58,875 bases of DNA from Anaerolineales bacterium (GCA_016935415.1 JAFGRA010000318.1:1-58875), one strand, 5' to 3'. Positions 37,289 to 46,890 are shown, counted from the first letter of the stretch. A program made the numbers and translations. Notes: generated by a model not told the origin, from the letters alone.

Positions 37289-37299
37289 AAAAACTAGAG

Positions 37300-38364
37300 A
37301 TGAGAGCATGGTATTCAATGTACAATGCCATTAAACATTTTGAGACCCTCTACCAAAATGCTCCCCGGGAGTTTGCTTTTTCGGCCGCATCCCAGTTCGA
37401 ATTGCAATCCTGGCAAGCAGCCTTTCGTCCGCGCCTACATCAGATTCTAGGACTGGAAAACCTAAAAAACGACCTGGCAGGTCATACTACTTATGCCGAG
37501 CAGCGCGATACCAAAGATAAGGGGAATTACATCCAGGAAACGTGGCACTTATGGGTTGAGCCAACCGTACCTTTACCCTTCTATCTGCTCCGGCCAAAAT
37601 ACACACCCAGCCCTTTGCCACTGATGCTTACGCCGCATGGTCATCATCCGCCTCATCTTTACGCCGGAATCGTTCATACTAAAGAAGACGCCGCTTCAAT
37701 CCGGGAATTCGACCGTGACATCGCCCTCCAAGCAGTCAATGCCGGTTACCTCACCATCGCCCCCACCGCGCGTGGGTTTGGTGAAACCCGCACCGAAAAC
37801 GCCAAAGCAAACGACGAGCTGCATGCTTGCCGCATCGAATTAATGCACGGCTTGCTGGTCGGACGCACCCCGCTTGGTGAGCGCGTTTGGGATATTTCCC
37901 GCCTGATCGATTGGGCGCTTGCTAACCTGGACGTCGACCCACACAGAGTTGCGGTGACCGGCAATTCTGGCGGAGGCGCGACCACATTATTTGCCGCCGC
38001 CTGCGACCCCCGCATTACCGTAGCCGTTCCCAGTTCATATTTCTGCACATTTGCCGCCAGCATCGGCTCCATCTGGCACTGCGCCTGCAATTACGTCCCC
38101 GGCATGTTGCGCCTCGGCGAAATGTACGATGTCGCCGGGCTGATTGCTCCCCGTCCATTCCTGGCGATCAACGGCGAGCACGATGACATTTTCCCCATCG
38201 ATGCTGCCCGCTTCGCTTTTGAAAAACTCCAGCAAGTTTATGCCGTTGCTGGAGTGCCTCAAGATTGCCAACACTACATCGGTGCTGGCGGCCATCGCTA
38301 CTATAAAGCTGCCGCATGGTCATTTATCAACCACTATCTTCAACAAGGATCGCAAAATGGATAA
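37300..38364 (+). CDS. Alpha/beta hydrolase (acetyl-xylan-esterase/dienelactone-hydrolase-like)
   Basis: Nucleophile elbow VTGNSGGGA (GxSxG). Candidate acid and base in NGEHDDIF and GGHRYY. Confidence 0.7.
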   Translation: MRAWYSMYNAIKHFETLYQNAPREFAFSAASQFELQSWQAAFRPRLHQILGLENLKNDLAGHTTYAEQRDTKDKGNYIQETWHLWVEPTVPLPFYLLRPKYTPSPLPLMLTPHGHHPPHLYAGIVHTKEDAASIREFDRDIALQAVNAGYLTIAPTARGFGETRTENAKANDELHACRIELMHGLLVGRTPLGERVWDISRLIDWALANLDVDPHRVAVTGNSGGGATTLFAAACDPRITVAVPSSYFCTFAASIGSIWHCACNYVPGMLRLGEMYDVAGLIAPRPFLAINGEHDDIFPIDAARFAFEKLQQVYAVAGVPQDCQHYIGAGGHRYYKAAAWSFINHYLQQGSQNG

Positions 38365-39619
38365 TACTGTGATCGGTACTGGAAACGCCCAGGAATATTT
38401 ATCGGAAGTACAGACGCGCACAATTCTTACCGACGCGCTAAACCATTGGGACTTAAGCGGAAAGCGCGTCCTGGTCATTATCCCCGACAGCACTCGCACT
38501 GCCCCCATCCCGATGATGTTCCGCCTGCTCTTCGAACTCCTCCACGATCAAGTCAAAGCACTCGACTACATGATCGCGCTGGGGACGCACCCGGCCATGT
38601 CGAAAGAAGCTATCAATAAACTGATCGGGGTCAACGAGGCAGAGCGTACCGAAAAGTACAGCCATGTGAAGGTTTTCAATCATCTTTGGGACAATCCCGA
38701 AACTTTCACCACCATCGGTACGATCACTGCCCAGGAAACCGAAGCCGTAAGCAATGGCTTACTCTCTCTGGAAGTCCCCGTACGAGTTAATAAACTGATC
38801 TACAACTATGACCAGATCGTGATCTGTGGGCCGGTGTTTCCACACGAAGTAGTGGGCTTTTCCGGTGGTAACAAATACTTCTTCCCCGGGATTAGCGGCG
38901 CAGAGGTTATCAACTTTACGCATTGGTTGGGCGCGCTGAACAGCAGCTACAAGACCATCGGCGTGAAAGAAACCGCCATCCGCTCAGCCATCAATCAGGC
39001 CGCCAGCTATATCGATCTACCCAAACTGGCCATGTGCATGGTCGTTAGAGAAGCAGGGATGAACGGTCTGTTCATTGGAGAACCACAAGCCGCCTGGGAA
39101 AAAGCTGCCGACCTTTCCGCTCAGGTGCACATCTTCTATGTCGATAAGCCCTTCAAGCAGGTACTTTCTGTGATCCCGTCCATGTACGATGACTTATGGA
39201 CCGGCGCAAAGGGCATGTACAAACTCGAACCGGTAATTGCCGATGGTGGCGAGGTGATCTTATTTGCACCTCATATCAGCGAATTATCCTATACTCACGG
39301 CCCCATCATCGAAGAACTCGGCTTCCACGTGCGCGATTATTTTGCCAAGCAATGGGATCAGTTCAAAGATTATCCCTGGGGTGTGATCGCCCATTCCACC
39401 CACGTCCGCGGATTGGGCAGCTACGAAAACGGGATCGAAAAACCGCGCATCACCGTAACCCTCGCCTCCAGCATCTCCAAAGAACGCACCGCACGTGTTT
39501 GCCTGAACTATCGCGACCCGGTCAGCATCGATCCACAAGACTGGGCTAAACGTGAGGACGAAGGCATCTTGCTCGTTCCCCACGCCGGGGAGATCCTCTA
39601 CCGCCTGAAAGATGCCTGA
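38357..39619 (+). CDS. LarA-family nickel-pincer (NPN) dependent 2-hydroxyacid racemase/epimerase homologue
   Basis: VLVIIPDSTRTAP, ALGTHP, PHEVVGFSGGNKYFFPG...INFTHW. H-x9-K and K-x15-H spacing is identical to the L. plantarum LarA His174/Lys184/His200 arrangement. Start at ATG 38357 (AAGGA SD), 8-nt overlap with the upstream gene. Confidence 0.75.
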   Translation: MDNTVIGTGNAQEYLSEVQTRTILTDALNHWDLSGKRVLVIIPDSTRTAPIPMMFRLLFELLHDQVKALDYMIALGTHPAMSKEAINKLIGVNEAERTEKYSHVKVFNHLWDNPETFTTIGTITAQETEAVSNGLLSLEVPVRVNKLIYNYDQIVICGPVFPHEVVGFSGGNKYFFPGISGAEVINFTHWLGALNSSYKTIGVKETAIRSAINQAASYIDLPKLAMCMVVREAGMNGLFIGEPQAAWEKAADLSAQVHIFYVDKPFKQVLSVIPSMYDDLWTGAKGMYKLEPVIADGGEVILFAPHISELSYTHGPIIEELGFHVRDYFAKQWDQFKDYPWGVIAHSTHVRGLGSYENGIEKPRITVTLASSISKERTARVCLNYRDPVSIDPQDWAKREDEGILLVPHAGEILYRLKDA

Positions 39620-41123
39620 AACAGCCACCGTCCCTCCAGAAAAAGCAGCCGCGCCATTGATCCTATCCTTGGACATCGGCACCTCTTCCACGCGCGCTTT
39701 GCTCTTCGACCGGCTCGGCCGCGCTGTGGATGGTGCACTGGCGCGTCGTCCCGTTGAGCTTATCACCAACGCAGGCGGTAAAGCCGAGATCGATCCTAAT
39801 GAACTCCTTGAAGCGACCTGGCACTGCATCGACAAGATCCTCGCCGAAAATCAAGCCGTCTCGAAGCAAATTGCTGCAGTGGTCTCCTGTTCGTTTGTCA
39901 GCAACCTGATGGGCATCGATTCTGATGGCAACCCCACTACCCCGTTGATGATCTACGCCGACACTCGGCCGGCAGCAGAAAGCCAAATTCTGCAAAATGA
40001 ATTGGATCTCTCCGCTACCTACGCCCGCGTCGGTTGCCTCTTTTACCACCCCAGCTACCAGCCAGCCAGATTCCTATGGTTAGATCGCCTCCACCCCAAC
40101 ATCCTGGCACGCACCGAACGCTGGATTTCGTTTGGCGAATACATGACCCTGAAACTATTTGGGACGAATGCGGTCAGCTTTTCCACTGCCTCCTGGACCG
40201 GCCTACTCAACCGCCACCAGCTCACCTGGGATGAAGAATTGCTTTCCGCCCTGCCCATCACAGCAGAAAATTTATCGCCATTGGTTGATATCGATGATCC
40301 CTGGCGCGGCCTTATCAGTGACTATGCGCAGCGCTGGCCGGTTTTAGCCAATTTACCCTGGTTTCCAACCATCGGCGACGGTGCCACCGCCAATATTGGC
40401 AGCGGCTGCGACTCGCCGGATGAGATCGCCATCACGATGGGCACTTCCAGCGCCATCCGCGCTGTCATTCCCGGCACCACAAAAAATATCCCGCAGGGTT
40501 TGTGGTGCTATCGCGTCGACAGCCACCATTCACTATTAGGCGGCGCGATGAGCGAAGGCGGCAACATATCAGGTTGGATGAAGAAAAATCTAAAACTCAA
40601 ATCGAAAGCTGAATTGGATGCTCGCATTGCCCAGCTAGAACCAGACGCCCACGGACTAACCTTCTTACCCCTGTTATCCGGAGAGCGCAGTCCCGGCTGG
40701 GTTGGCGACGCTCGCGGCGCGCTGACTGGCATCTCCCTCTCAACCACCGCCCTGGAAATCTATCGCGCCGGATTGGAAGGCGTTGCCTGCCGCCTGGGAT
40801 TGATCTTCGATCTGCTCAAACCGGCCGTCTCTCCGCAGCCACAGGTCATCGCCAGCGGCGGCGCTTTGCTGCACTCCCCCACTCTGCTGCAAATCGTCGC
40901 TGATGTATTGGGCAATCCGGTGACCACCTCCCAAGTCCTGGAGGCATCGGCGCGCGGCGCGGCCTTATTAGGGTTGAAAGCCCTCGGCGAAGTCGAAGAC
41001 TTACGCAGTTTCCCCAAATTCACCGGCCAGACTTACCAACCGGACCTCCAGAACCACGCAATTTACGCCGAGGCTAAAGCGCGCCAACAGGCGCTCTACC
41101 AACAGGCAATTCGTGCTGAATAA
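39612..41123 (+). CDS. FGGY-family carbohydrate kinase (gluconokinase/xylulokinase-like)
   Basis: LSLDIGTSSTRALLFD phosphate-1 motif and later GDGATANIGSG, ASGGAL motifs. 8-nt overlap with the LarA-like gene. Confidence 0.8.
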   Translation: MPETATVPPEKAAAPLILSLDIGTSSTRALLFDRLGRAVDGALARRPVELITNAGGKAEIDPNELLEATWHCIDKILAENQAVSKQIAAVVSCSFVSNLMGIDSDGNPTTPLMIYADTRPAAESQILQNELDLSATYARVGCLFYHPSYQPARFLWLDRLHPNILARTERWISFGEYMTLKLFGTNAVSFSTASWTGLLNRHQLTWDEELLSALPITAENLSPLVDIDDPWRGLISDYAQRWPVLANLPWFPTIGDGATANIGSGCDSPDEIAITMGTSSAIRAVIPGTTKNIPQGLWCYRVDSHHSLLGGAMSEGGNISGWMKKNLKLKSKAELDARIAQLEPDAHGLTFLPLLSGERSPGWVGDARGALTGISLSTTALEIYRAGLEGVACRLGLIFDLLKPAVSPQPQVIASGGALLHSPTLLQIVADVLGNPVTTSQVLEASARGAALLGLKALGEVEDLRSFPKFTGQTYQPDLQNHAIYAEAKARQQALYQQAIRAE

Positions 41124-41138
41124 TCCCCCTAACCAATT

Positions 41139-42770
41139 TTAGATTTGCAGCCAAAGGTATTCGAATGGCTGCAAGGTTAGCGACAAACCAGAGTCACCAG
41201 ATACCGAAATTTCCTTTTCGGATAGGATATCCTTCAATTTCTCGGGTACACCCGCCGGCAGTTTGAGCGTCAGCACTTGCTCATCCGCAGACAAATTTTG
41301 CACGACCAGCACACTGTCCTTATCAGCAGAACGCAGATACGCCAGGATCGATTTGTTGCCATCCCCTTCCACCCAGAAAAAATCCCCATTTTGTAACGCT
41401 GCACTTTGCTTCTTGGCCGCGATCATCGCCTTGATGGTATGGTAAAGCGAATCCGAGTCAGCGCGCTGCACCTCCACATTGACTTTCTGGTAACCGAATA
41501 CGGCATCGTCGATCACAGGAGCATATAAGTCGCCATCCGCTTTGGAAAATCCGGCATTTGGACTGGCATCCCACTGCATCGGCGTACGGACACCATTCCG
41601 GTCAGAGAGCCAAACGTTATCCCCCATACCAATCTCATCCCCATAATAGACGATTGGCACCCCGGGCAATGTGAACAACAAAGAGTTAGCCAGCTCGATC
41701 TTGCGACGGTCATTGTCCAATAATGGCGCCAGGCGGCGACGGATACCCAGGTTCAGCCGCATGCGCGGCTCTGGAGCGTATTCCTGCCACATCCATTGGC
41801 GCTCTTCCTCGGTAACCATTTCCAAGGTCAACTCATCGTGATTACGCAGGAACGTACACCATTGGCAGTTATCCGGAATAGTGGGCGTACGGTTCAAGAT
41901 ATCAATCACCGGCGTCCCATCCCCGCTTCGGATCGCCATATAAATGCGCGGCATTACTGGGAAATGAAAGCCCATATGGAACTCATCCCCATCTCCAAAA
42001 TACGGGCGCACATCCTCCGGCCACTGGTTCGCCTCACAAAGCAGGATTCTTCCAGGATAATACTTATCCATAAAAGCGCGCAGCTTTTTAAGGAAAGCAT
42101 GCGTTTCCGGTAAGTTCTCACAATTCGTGCCTTCGCGTTCATATAAATACGGCACAGCATCAGCGCGGAAACCATCAATCCCCAGGTCAAGCCAGAATTT
42201 CATCACCTTGAACATCTCGGCATGCACCTGCGGATTGTCATAATTTAAATCGGGCTGGGAAGAATAGAACCGATGCCAGAAATATTGTCCGGCAGTCTCA
42301 TCCCAGGTCCAGTTTGATTCCTCTGTATCCAGGAAAATGATGCGTACATCCTGATATTTGTCCTTCGTATCGGACCAAACATAATAATCGCGATATTTCG
42401 AATTGCGACCGGCCCGCGCCGCCTGGAACCAGGGATGCTGGTCAGATGTATGATTGAGCACCAGGTCGGCAATCACGCGGATATCACGTTCGTGGGCTGC
42501 GTTCACCAGCGCTTTAAAATCCTCGATGGTGCCGTAATCTGCGTGTACACCATAATAATCGGCAATGTCGTAGCCATCATCTTCCAATGGAGAGGGGTAA
42601 ATTGGCAGTAGCCAGATACAATCCACTCCCAATTCCTTCACATAATCAAGTTTTTCTACAACTCCGCGCAGATCACCATGTCCGTCCCCCCTACTGTCGT
42701 TAAATGCCCGTACGTAAAGTTCATAAAAAATTGCGTTCTTATACCACAAAAGATTGTCGTTCATCGTCAC
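41139..42770 (-). CDS. treS: GH13 alpha-amylase-family enzyme, trehalose synthase (maltose alpha-D-glucosyltransferase)-like
   Basis: N-terminus [55 protein letters not shown]13 regions [36 protein letters not shown]. The length fits short TreS enzymes. Confidence 0.7.
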   Translation of the reverse strand: MTMNDNLLWYKNAIFYELYVRAFNDSRGDGHGDLRGVVEKLDYVKELGVDCIWLLPIYPSPLEDDGYDIADYYGVHADYGTIEDFKALVNAAHERDIRVIADLVLNHTSDQHPWFQAARAGRNSKYRDYYVWSDTKDKYQDVRIIFLDTEESNWTWDETAGQYFWHRFYSSQPDLNYDNPQVHAEMFKVMKFWLDLGIDGFRADAVPYLYEREGTNCENLPETHAFLKKLRAFMDKYYPGRILLCEANQWPEDVRPYFGDGDEFHMGFHFPVMPRIYMAIRSGDGTPVIDILNRTPTIPDNCQWCTFLRNHDELTLEMVTEEERQWMWQEYAPEPRMRLNLGIRRRLAPLLDNDRRKIELANSLLFTLPGVPIVYYGDEIGMGDNVWLSDRNGVRTPMQWDASPNAGFSKADGDLYAPVIDDAVFGYQKVNVEVQRADSDSLYHTIKAMIAAKKQSAALQNGDFFWVEGDGNKSILAYLRSADKDSVLVVQNLSADEQVLTLKLPAGVPEKLKDILSEKEISVSGDSGLSLTLQPFEYLWLQI

Positions 42771-42805
42771 CTTACTTTAAGTTATGGGGATATGTAACGA
42801 ATAGA

Positions 42806-42826
42806 ATGCCAAACCGGTTATTGCAT
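42806..42826. promoter_or_regulatory. Imperfect palindromic operator candidate upstream of treS
   Basis: ATGCCAAACCGGTTATTGCAT has TGC...GCA arms around the palindromic core AACCGGTT, the same core as the perfect palindrome upstream of the LacI gene. Confidence 0.4.
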
Positions 42827-42868
42827 ACGATCACATTTAGCTTCCTCCTGCAATCACCATAAACCGGC

Positions 42869-43885
42869 CTACGAGATTGGCGCGGTGGTCTTGCGCTCCA
42901 CCAATTCAATCTCCTGGAGCACGGTTTTCGTTTCCTTATTTCCAGTTCGTAGGCGGTCAAGCAGCATCATCGCTCCTGTGTATCCCGATTCGAACAATGG
43001 CTGTCTGATCGTCGTCAGACCTACCAATTCGGCATCACGGATATCATCGAACCCAATGATCGATAAATCTTCAGGAACGCGCAGTCCCAATTCCCTGGCC
43101 GCGAAAAGCGCGCCAATCGCCTGCATATCACTGGAGGCAAAAATAGCCGTTGGTCGATGCTCACCAGCCAACCATTCTTTCGCAACCTCCCGCGCTTGTT
43201 CACGATCATGCGGAACTTGCCGATGATATGCTGGGTTGAACTCAATTCCAGCATCCTTTAACGCCTGACAATATCCATCAAACCGATCTTTCATTGCACT
43301 GAAACGAAATACATTTTTAAGATAATCGCTCAGAAAAGCGATCTTATGATGCCCTAGACCAAGCAAATACTGGGTAGCCATCATACCGCCTTTAAAATTA
43401 TCAACATAAACGCTCGAAAATTTCGGATAAGTCACATCGACGAGAATGATTGGCACATCCGATTGCAGCATGCGCTGCACTTGTATTTCATCTGGTCGCA
43501 GCGATAAGATCAAAATGCCATCGGTTCTGGATTTACGCGGTAAGATCGAAAATAAATAGTCAATGCGTTCAGAAGTATCCGCACCATAGAGCACCAAATC
43601 ATACTCACAATCCAAACCACAATCGGCCATCGCATGTTGGACGCCGCGCAGGCGTTCCACAAATGAAGGGATGGTCAGAAAGGGCAAGATCACAGAAATC
43701 GTGTGCGTTCGCCCTAAGGATAATCTTTGTGCAGTAGGATTGGGAGTGTAGTCCAAATCCTCAATGGCTTTGAGGACTTTTTCACGGGTACTGGGGCTAA
43801 CAGCAGGATTATCATTTAATACTCGAGAGACCGTCGCGATACCGACATTAGCTTTCTTCGCTACATCTCGAATAGTAACTGTCAC
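42869..43885 (-). CDS. LacI-family transcriptional regulator
   Basis: N-terminal HTH VTIRDVAKKANVGIATVSRVLN, followed by a periplasmic-binding-protein-like sugar-binding core. Confidence 0.9.
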   Translation of the reverse strand: MTVTIRDVAKKANVGIATVSRVLNDNPAVSPSTREKVLKAIEDLDYTPNPTAQRLSLGRTHTISVILPFLTIPSFVERLRGVQHAMADCGLDCEYDLVLYGADTSERIDYLFSILPRKSRTDGILILSLRPDEIQVQRMLQSDVPIILVDVTYPKFSSVYVDNFKGGMMATQYLLGLGHHKIAFLSDYLKNVFRFSAMKDRFDGYCQALKDAGIEFNPAYHRQVPHDREQAREVAKEWLAGEHRPTAIFASSDMQAIGALFAARELGLRVPEDLSIIGFDDIRDAELVGLTTIRQPLFESGYTGAMMLLDRLRTGNKETKTVLQEIELVERKTTAPIS

Positions 43886-43944
43886 AAATAGCTCCAGTAA
43901 AGCCTTGTATTGGGATTGTTACAAGAGGAGAATTCATTCAATGA

Positions 43945-43962
43945 GCTGGAACCGGTTCCAGC
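43945..43962. promoter_or_regulatory. Perfect 18-bp palindrome GCTGGAACCGGTTCCAGC, autoregulatory operator candidate for the LacI-family gene
   Basis: Read directly from the sequence. Located 60 nt upstream of the regulator start, followed by the direct repeat ATTAACAT-n3-ATTAACAT. Confidence 0.5.
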
Positions 43963-44021
43963 ATTAACATAATATTAACATGCTGAATTTACGTTGTCAA
44001 GTAGAAATGCAAATATTGGAG

Positions 44022-46016
44022 CTAGAAATCCGGATATGCCGTTTTGACTGCCGTCAGAATATCGAGTGATGGGGCCAGAATCCAAAGCGTTTGGTTGTCA
44101 TGAATGTAGGTGCAACTAACCAACGATTCACCTTGCCAGCACGAACCCCTCCCAACTGGCTCGATTGTGGTACCAAATCGCGCCAATTGATACTCTCTCA
44201 TCCTCTCGTCGAAATCCAGGGCATCATCAGGCGTATCCCAGGACCATTGTCCTGCCAGAACAATTTCTCGCGTTCCCTGCCGGTGATAAGCCTGGTACAA
44301 GTCTCCGTCCCACCCTTCTGCGATTCCAAATGCGACATTATCTTCAAATGGTGTCCCACCATTCAAGCCATAACGCATAATCAGGTAGGTATACCATTCA
44401 CCCCAAGATCCCTTCCCGATCAATTCCCAATCAGCGGAGAGATTCTCCCCAACCGGTACATCCGGCATCTCCTCTGGAACTTCACCGGCCAAATACCGTT
44501 CTGGGTGCATGATCTGTTCGCTCGAAACCGGGGGTGAAATATAGGCCTGATTTACCTGTTCCCAACCACCTTGTTCGAATAGGTAATTTACAAAGTTATA
44601 ACCATACAAATTTGCAAATTCATCATTACGCCGGGCAAAAGCCGGGGCAAATTCATCGGAAAACAATTCAATCGGCGAAGTATAGGCAGCAATTTCGCTC
44701 TGTATGGTCCCATCCGCGTACTGATTGAACCACCGCTCTTCAACTACCCTGGAATCGCCAGCCAACACGGCCCCTAAAATTTGACATTGCCCGTCGAGGA
44801 ACAAGCACCCCGGAAAATACCCCAAACCGACAAGATCATAGTGCTGGTCTATCAACGCTTGGTCGAACTCATACGCGTAAACAACCTTCTGAACGCTTGA
44901 AAAGCCAAGTCCCACAAGCAAAATTTCATTCGCTTCCGGCCGGTACATACCACCCCGTGGATCGACCATTTTGTTCATAAAATACCGGTCCAGGTTCTGC
45001 GCCGAAGTCATCATTCCTAGTGCAACAAGAATCCGCTCTTGATCTTCGATTAAATCTCTTGTAGTTTCATCCAGATAAGCTTCCCGCAAATTATTCTCTA
45101 ATTCAGCCTGTGAAATAATATACTGCCCGGTATTTGTGATCACTTCCAGCTCACGGATCGAAATCAATTGCTGCTGAATACGCTCCATTTCGGTAACGAT
45201 TTCCGGGTTCAAAGGTTGTGGGGTGATCGTAGGCGTAAGTGTGGGGGTTGGCGTGGGTACCCAGGTTTCAGTCGGCATAATCGTGACCGTTGGCGTGTAG
45301 GTAGGAGGTAGCTGCCGGAAACCTATCGTCGGCGAGGGCGTTGCAGTTCCAAGAAAAATACTTGCTATAGAAATTCCATCTCCGCCACCGCCAATCGAAT
45401 TAAGCAGAATTATGCCGATAATAATAATGCCAATCACCCCACCCACTCCAATTCCAACCCGCGTTAAAATCTTTTTTGTGCGCGGTGACTTCAAAAATTC
45501 TAACCGTTCCGCAATATTGAATCGTGCTCTTGGTTTGGGCTTTGTCTCGGACTCAACTTCAAATTGCGGTTCAGCGGTTGGCTGTGTGGGAACTGCCATA
45601 GTTGCTGGCACCGCGGTCTGTGCTTCTGGTTGGCTTTCTCCCTCAGAAACCTGCTCGCTCTCCTGGTACCCTTCGTCCCAACCAAAGATGCGTTTCTCCA
45701 ACAGAGACGCGTCATCCTCAGTCGCCTCGAAATTATCTTCTGGCGATGCTTCTTCAGCCTTCTCGATTTCACCGGATTGGATTTTTTGCAAGCGCGCCAG
45801 CGCTTTTTCGTTCTCAGGATTGACCCGCAGCACTTGTTGAAGCGCGTAGACTTGTCGGCGGCGATCAGAAACAGCCACGCTCAACAACAGCCAAGCCTGC
45901 TCGTTGTCCGGCGCATCCTTTAATACCCTGACCAGAATCGGGCGCGCTTCCTTATGTTTTCCTTCCCGGAGCAATTGATAAGCTTGGGTCAGTTCCCTGA
46001 TAATCTCTAATTCCAT
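44022..46016 (-). CDS. Single-pass membrane protein: cytoplasmic TPR-like N-domain, acidic linker, TM helix, Pro/Thr-rich linker, extracytoplasmic domain of about 390 aa with unknown function
   Basis: TPR-like AYQLLREGKHKEARPIL...NEQAWLLL...VNPENEKALARL. TM VGIGVGGVIGIIIIGIILL. Linker PTPTPTLTPTITPQP. Confidence 0.5.
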   Translation of the reverse strand: MELEIIRELTQAYQLLREGKHKEARPILVRVLKDAPDNEQAWLLLSVAVSDRRRQVYALQQVLRVNPENEKALARLQKIQSGEIEKAEEASPEDNFEATEDDASLLEKRIFGWDEGYQESEQVSEGESQPEAQTAVPATMAVPTQPTAEPQFEVESETKPKPRARFNIAERLEFLKSPRTKKILTRVGIGVGGVIGIIIIGIILLNSIGGGGDGISIASIFLGTATPSPTIGFRQLPPTYTPTVTIMPTETWVPTPTPTLTPTITPQPLNPEIVTEMERIQQQLISIRELEVITNTGQYIISQAELENNLREAYLDETTRDLIEDQERILVALGMMTSAQNLDRYFMNKMVDPRGGMYRPEANEILLVGLGFSSVQKVVYAYEFDQALIDQHYDLVGLGYFPGCLFLDGQCQILGAVLAGDSRVVEERWFNQYADGTIQSEIAAYTSPIELFSDEFAPAFARRNDEFANLYGYNFVNYLFEQGGWEQVNQAYISPPVSSEQIMHPERYLAGEVPEEMPDVPVGENLSADWELIGKGSWGEWYTYLIMRYGLNGGTPFEDNVAFGIAEGWDGDLYQAYHRQGTREIVLAGQWSWDTPDDALDFDERMREYQLARFGTTIEPVGRGSCWQGESLVSCTYIHDNQTLWILAPSLDILTAVKTAYPDF

Positions 46017-46176
46017 CGGCTAGACTACACCTTGTTCATGGCGTTTTAGTTAAATAATGGTGTATAAACATTATACCTTTCCACCCAATTATTGATATTA
46101 AATTATCATAACGAATTTATTCCTGCTTTGGTACTATACGATCTGCCGTCAGTTGTCCCGCATTTTCTGGAAGAAA

Positions 46177-46404
46177 TCAGAAATCGTCGTCATCATCCAG
46201 CCAGATGTCCTCTTCATCGAAATCATCTTCCCAATCGTCCAGGTCATCGTCATCACCTTCCCAGGCGTCATCTCCCTCCACCAAAGTCCCACCGGCGGTA
46301 TAGGTCAGACAACCCTCGTCCGGGTCTAATTCGACCGCGCCTTTGCTGCAATAACCATCTTCTAGAAAAACGCAGTCGATATAGAGGCAACGTATGCGAG
46401 GCAT
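46177..46404 (-). CDS. Small Cys4 (DUF1540-like) protein with polyacidic aromatic-punctuated C-terminal tail
   Basis: C6-x4-C11-x7-C19-x12-C32 pattern (IRCLYIDCVFLEDGYCSKGAVELD) resembles DUF1540. 22 of the last 34 residues are D/E, interspersed with W/F, ending DDDDDF. 3-nt gap to the VKOR gene. Confidence 0.55.
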   Translation of the reverse strand: MPRIRCLYIDCVFLEDGYCSKGAVELDPDEGCLTYTAGGTLVEGDDAWEGDDDDLDDWEDDFDEEDIWLDDDDDF

Positions 46405-46407
46405 AAA

Positions 46408-46869
46408 TCACTCTCCTCCTTCAATATTTTCAAAGTCTTGTGGCTCCTTGAGATACCGAACGAGTGTCAATGCGAATAACAGTACCAGAACAATTGCTGA
46501 TATCACACAAAATGGGCAAACCGCATGTAGAACAAAAAGCTCCAAATAGGTTAGATAAGCAGAATAAAGCACGCCAATGAACGAAAGTCCCAATACGAAA
46601 AGGATTGAATTTTCACCCAAAACATTTTTCTGCCGATCGAAGATCAGGAAAAACAAGATCATCAGATAAGCAACCGCACCCAATAAAGCGATTGGAATTC
46701 CAGCGACTTCTGCATAGCGGCTTGAATTGACCGCATCGCAATCACCAATGCCGGCACAGGCTGCTTCTTTATGGGCTAATTTGATGTAGGTCAGGTAAAC
46801 CGCGTCAACCAAACCAATAAGTGTGAGAAAGATCGAAACAATCCGAAGTCGTGCGTCAGTGTTTGTCAA
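46408..46869 (-). CDS. Vitamin K epoxide reductase (VKOR) family membrane protein
   Basis: Four TM helices, loop Cys pair CAGIGDC, and active-site CPFC at the start of the last helix. Confidence 0.75.
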   Translation of the reverse strand: MTNTDARLRIVSIFLTLIGLVDAVYLTYIKLAHKEAACAGIGDCDAVNSSRYAEVAGIPIALLGAVAYLMILFFLIFDRQKNVLGENSILFVLGLSFIGVLYSAYLTYLELFVLHAVCPFCVISAIVLVLLFALTLVRYLKEPQDFENIEGGE

Positions 46870-46890
46870 AGCAATGCACCTCTAAATAAG

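Noticed and set aside
39284-39835. 183-aa minus-strand ORF spanning the LarA/FGGY junction
   Set aside because: Antisense to two motif-supported, translationally coupled genes.
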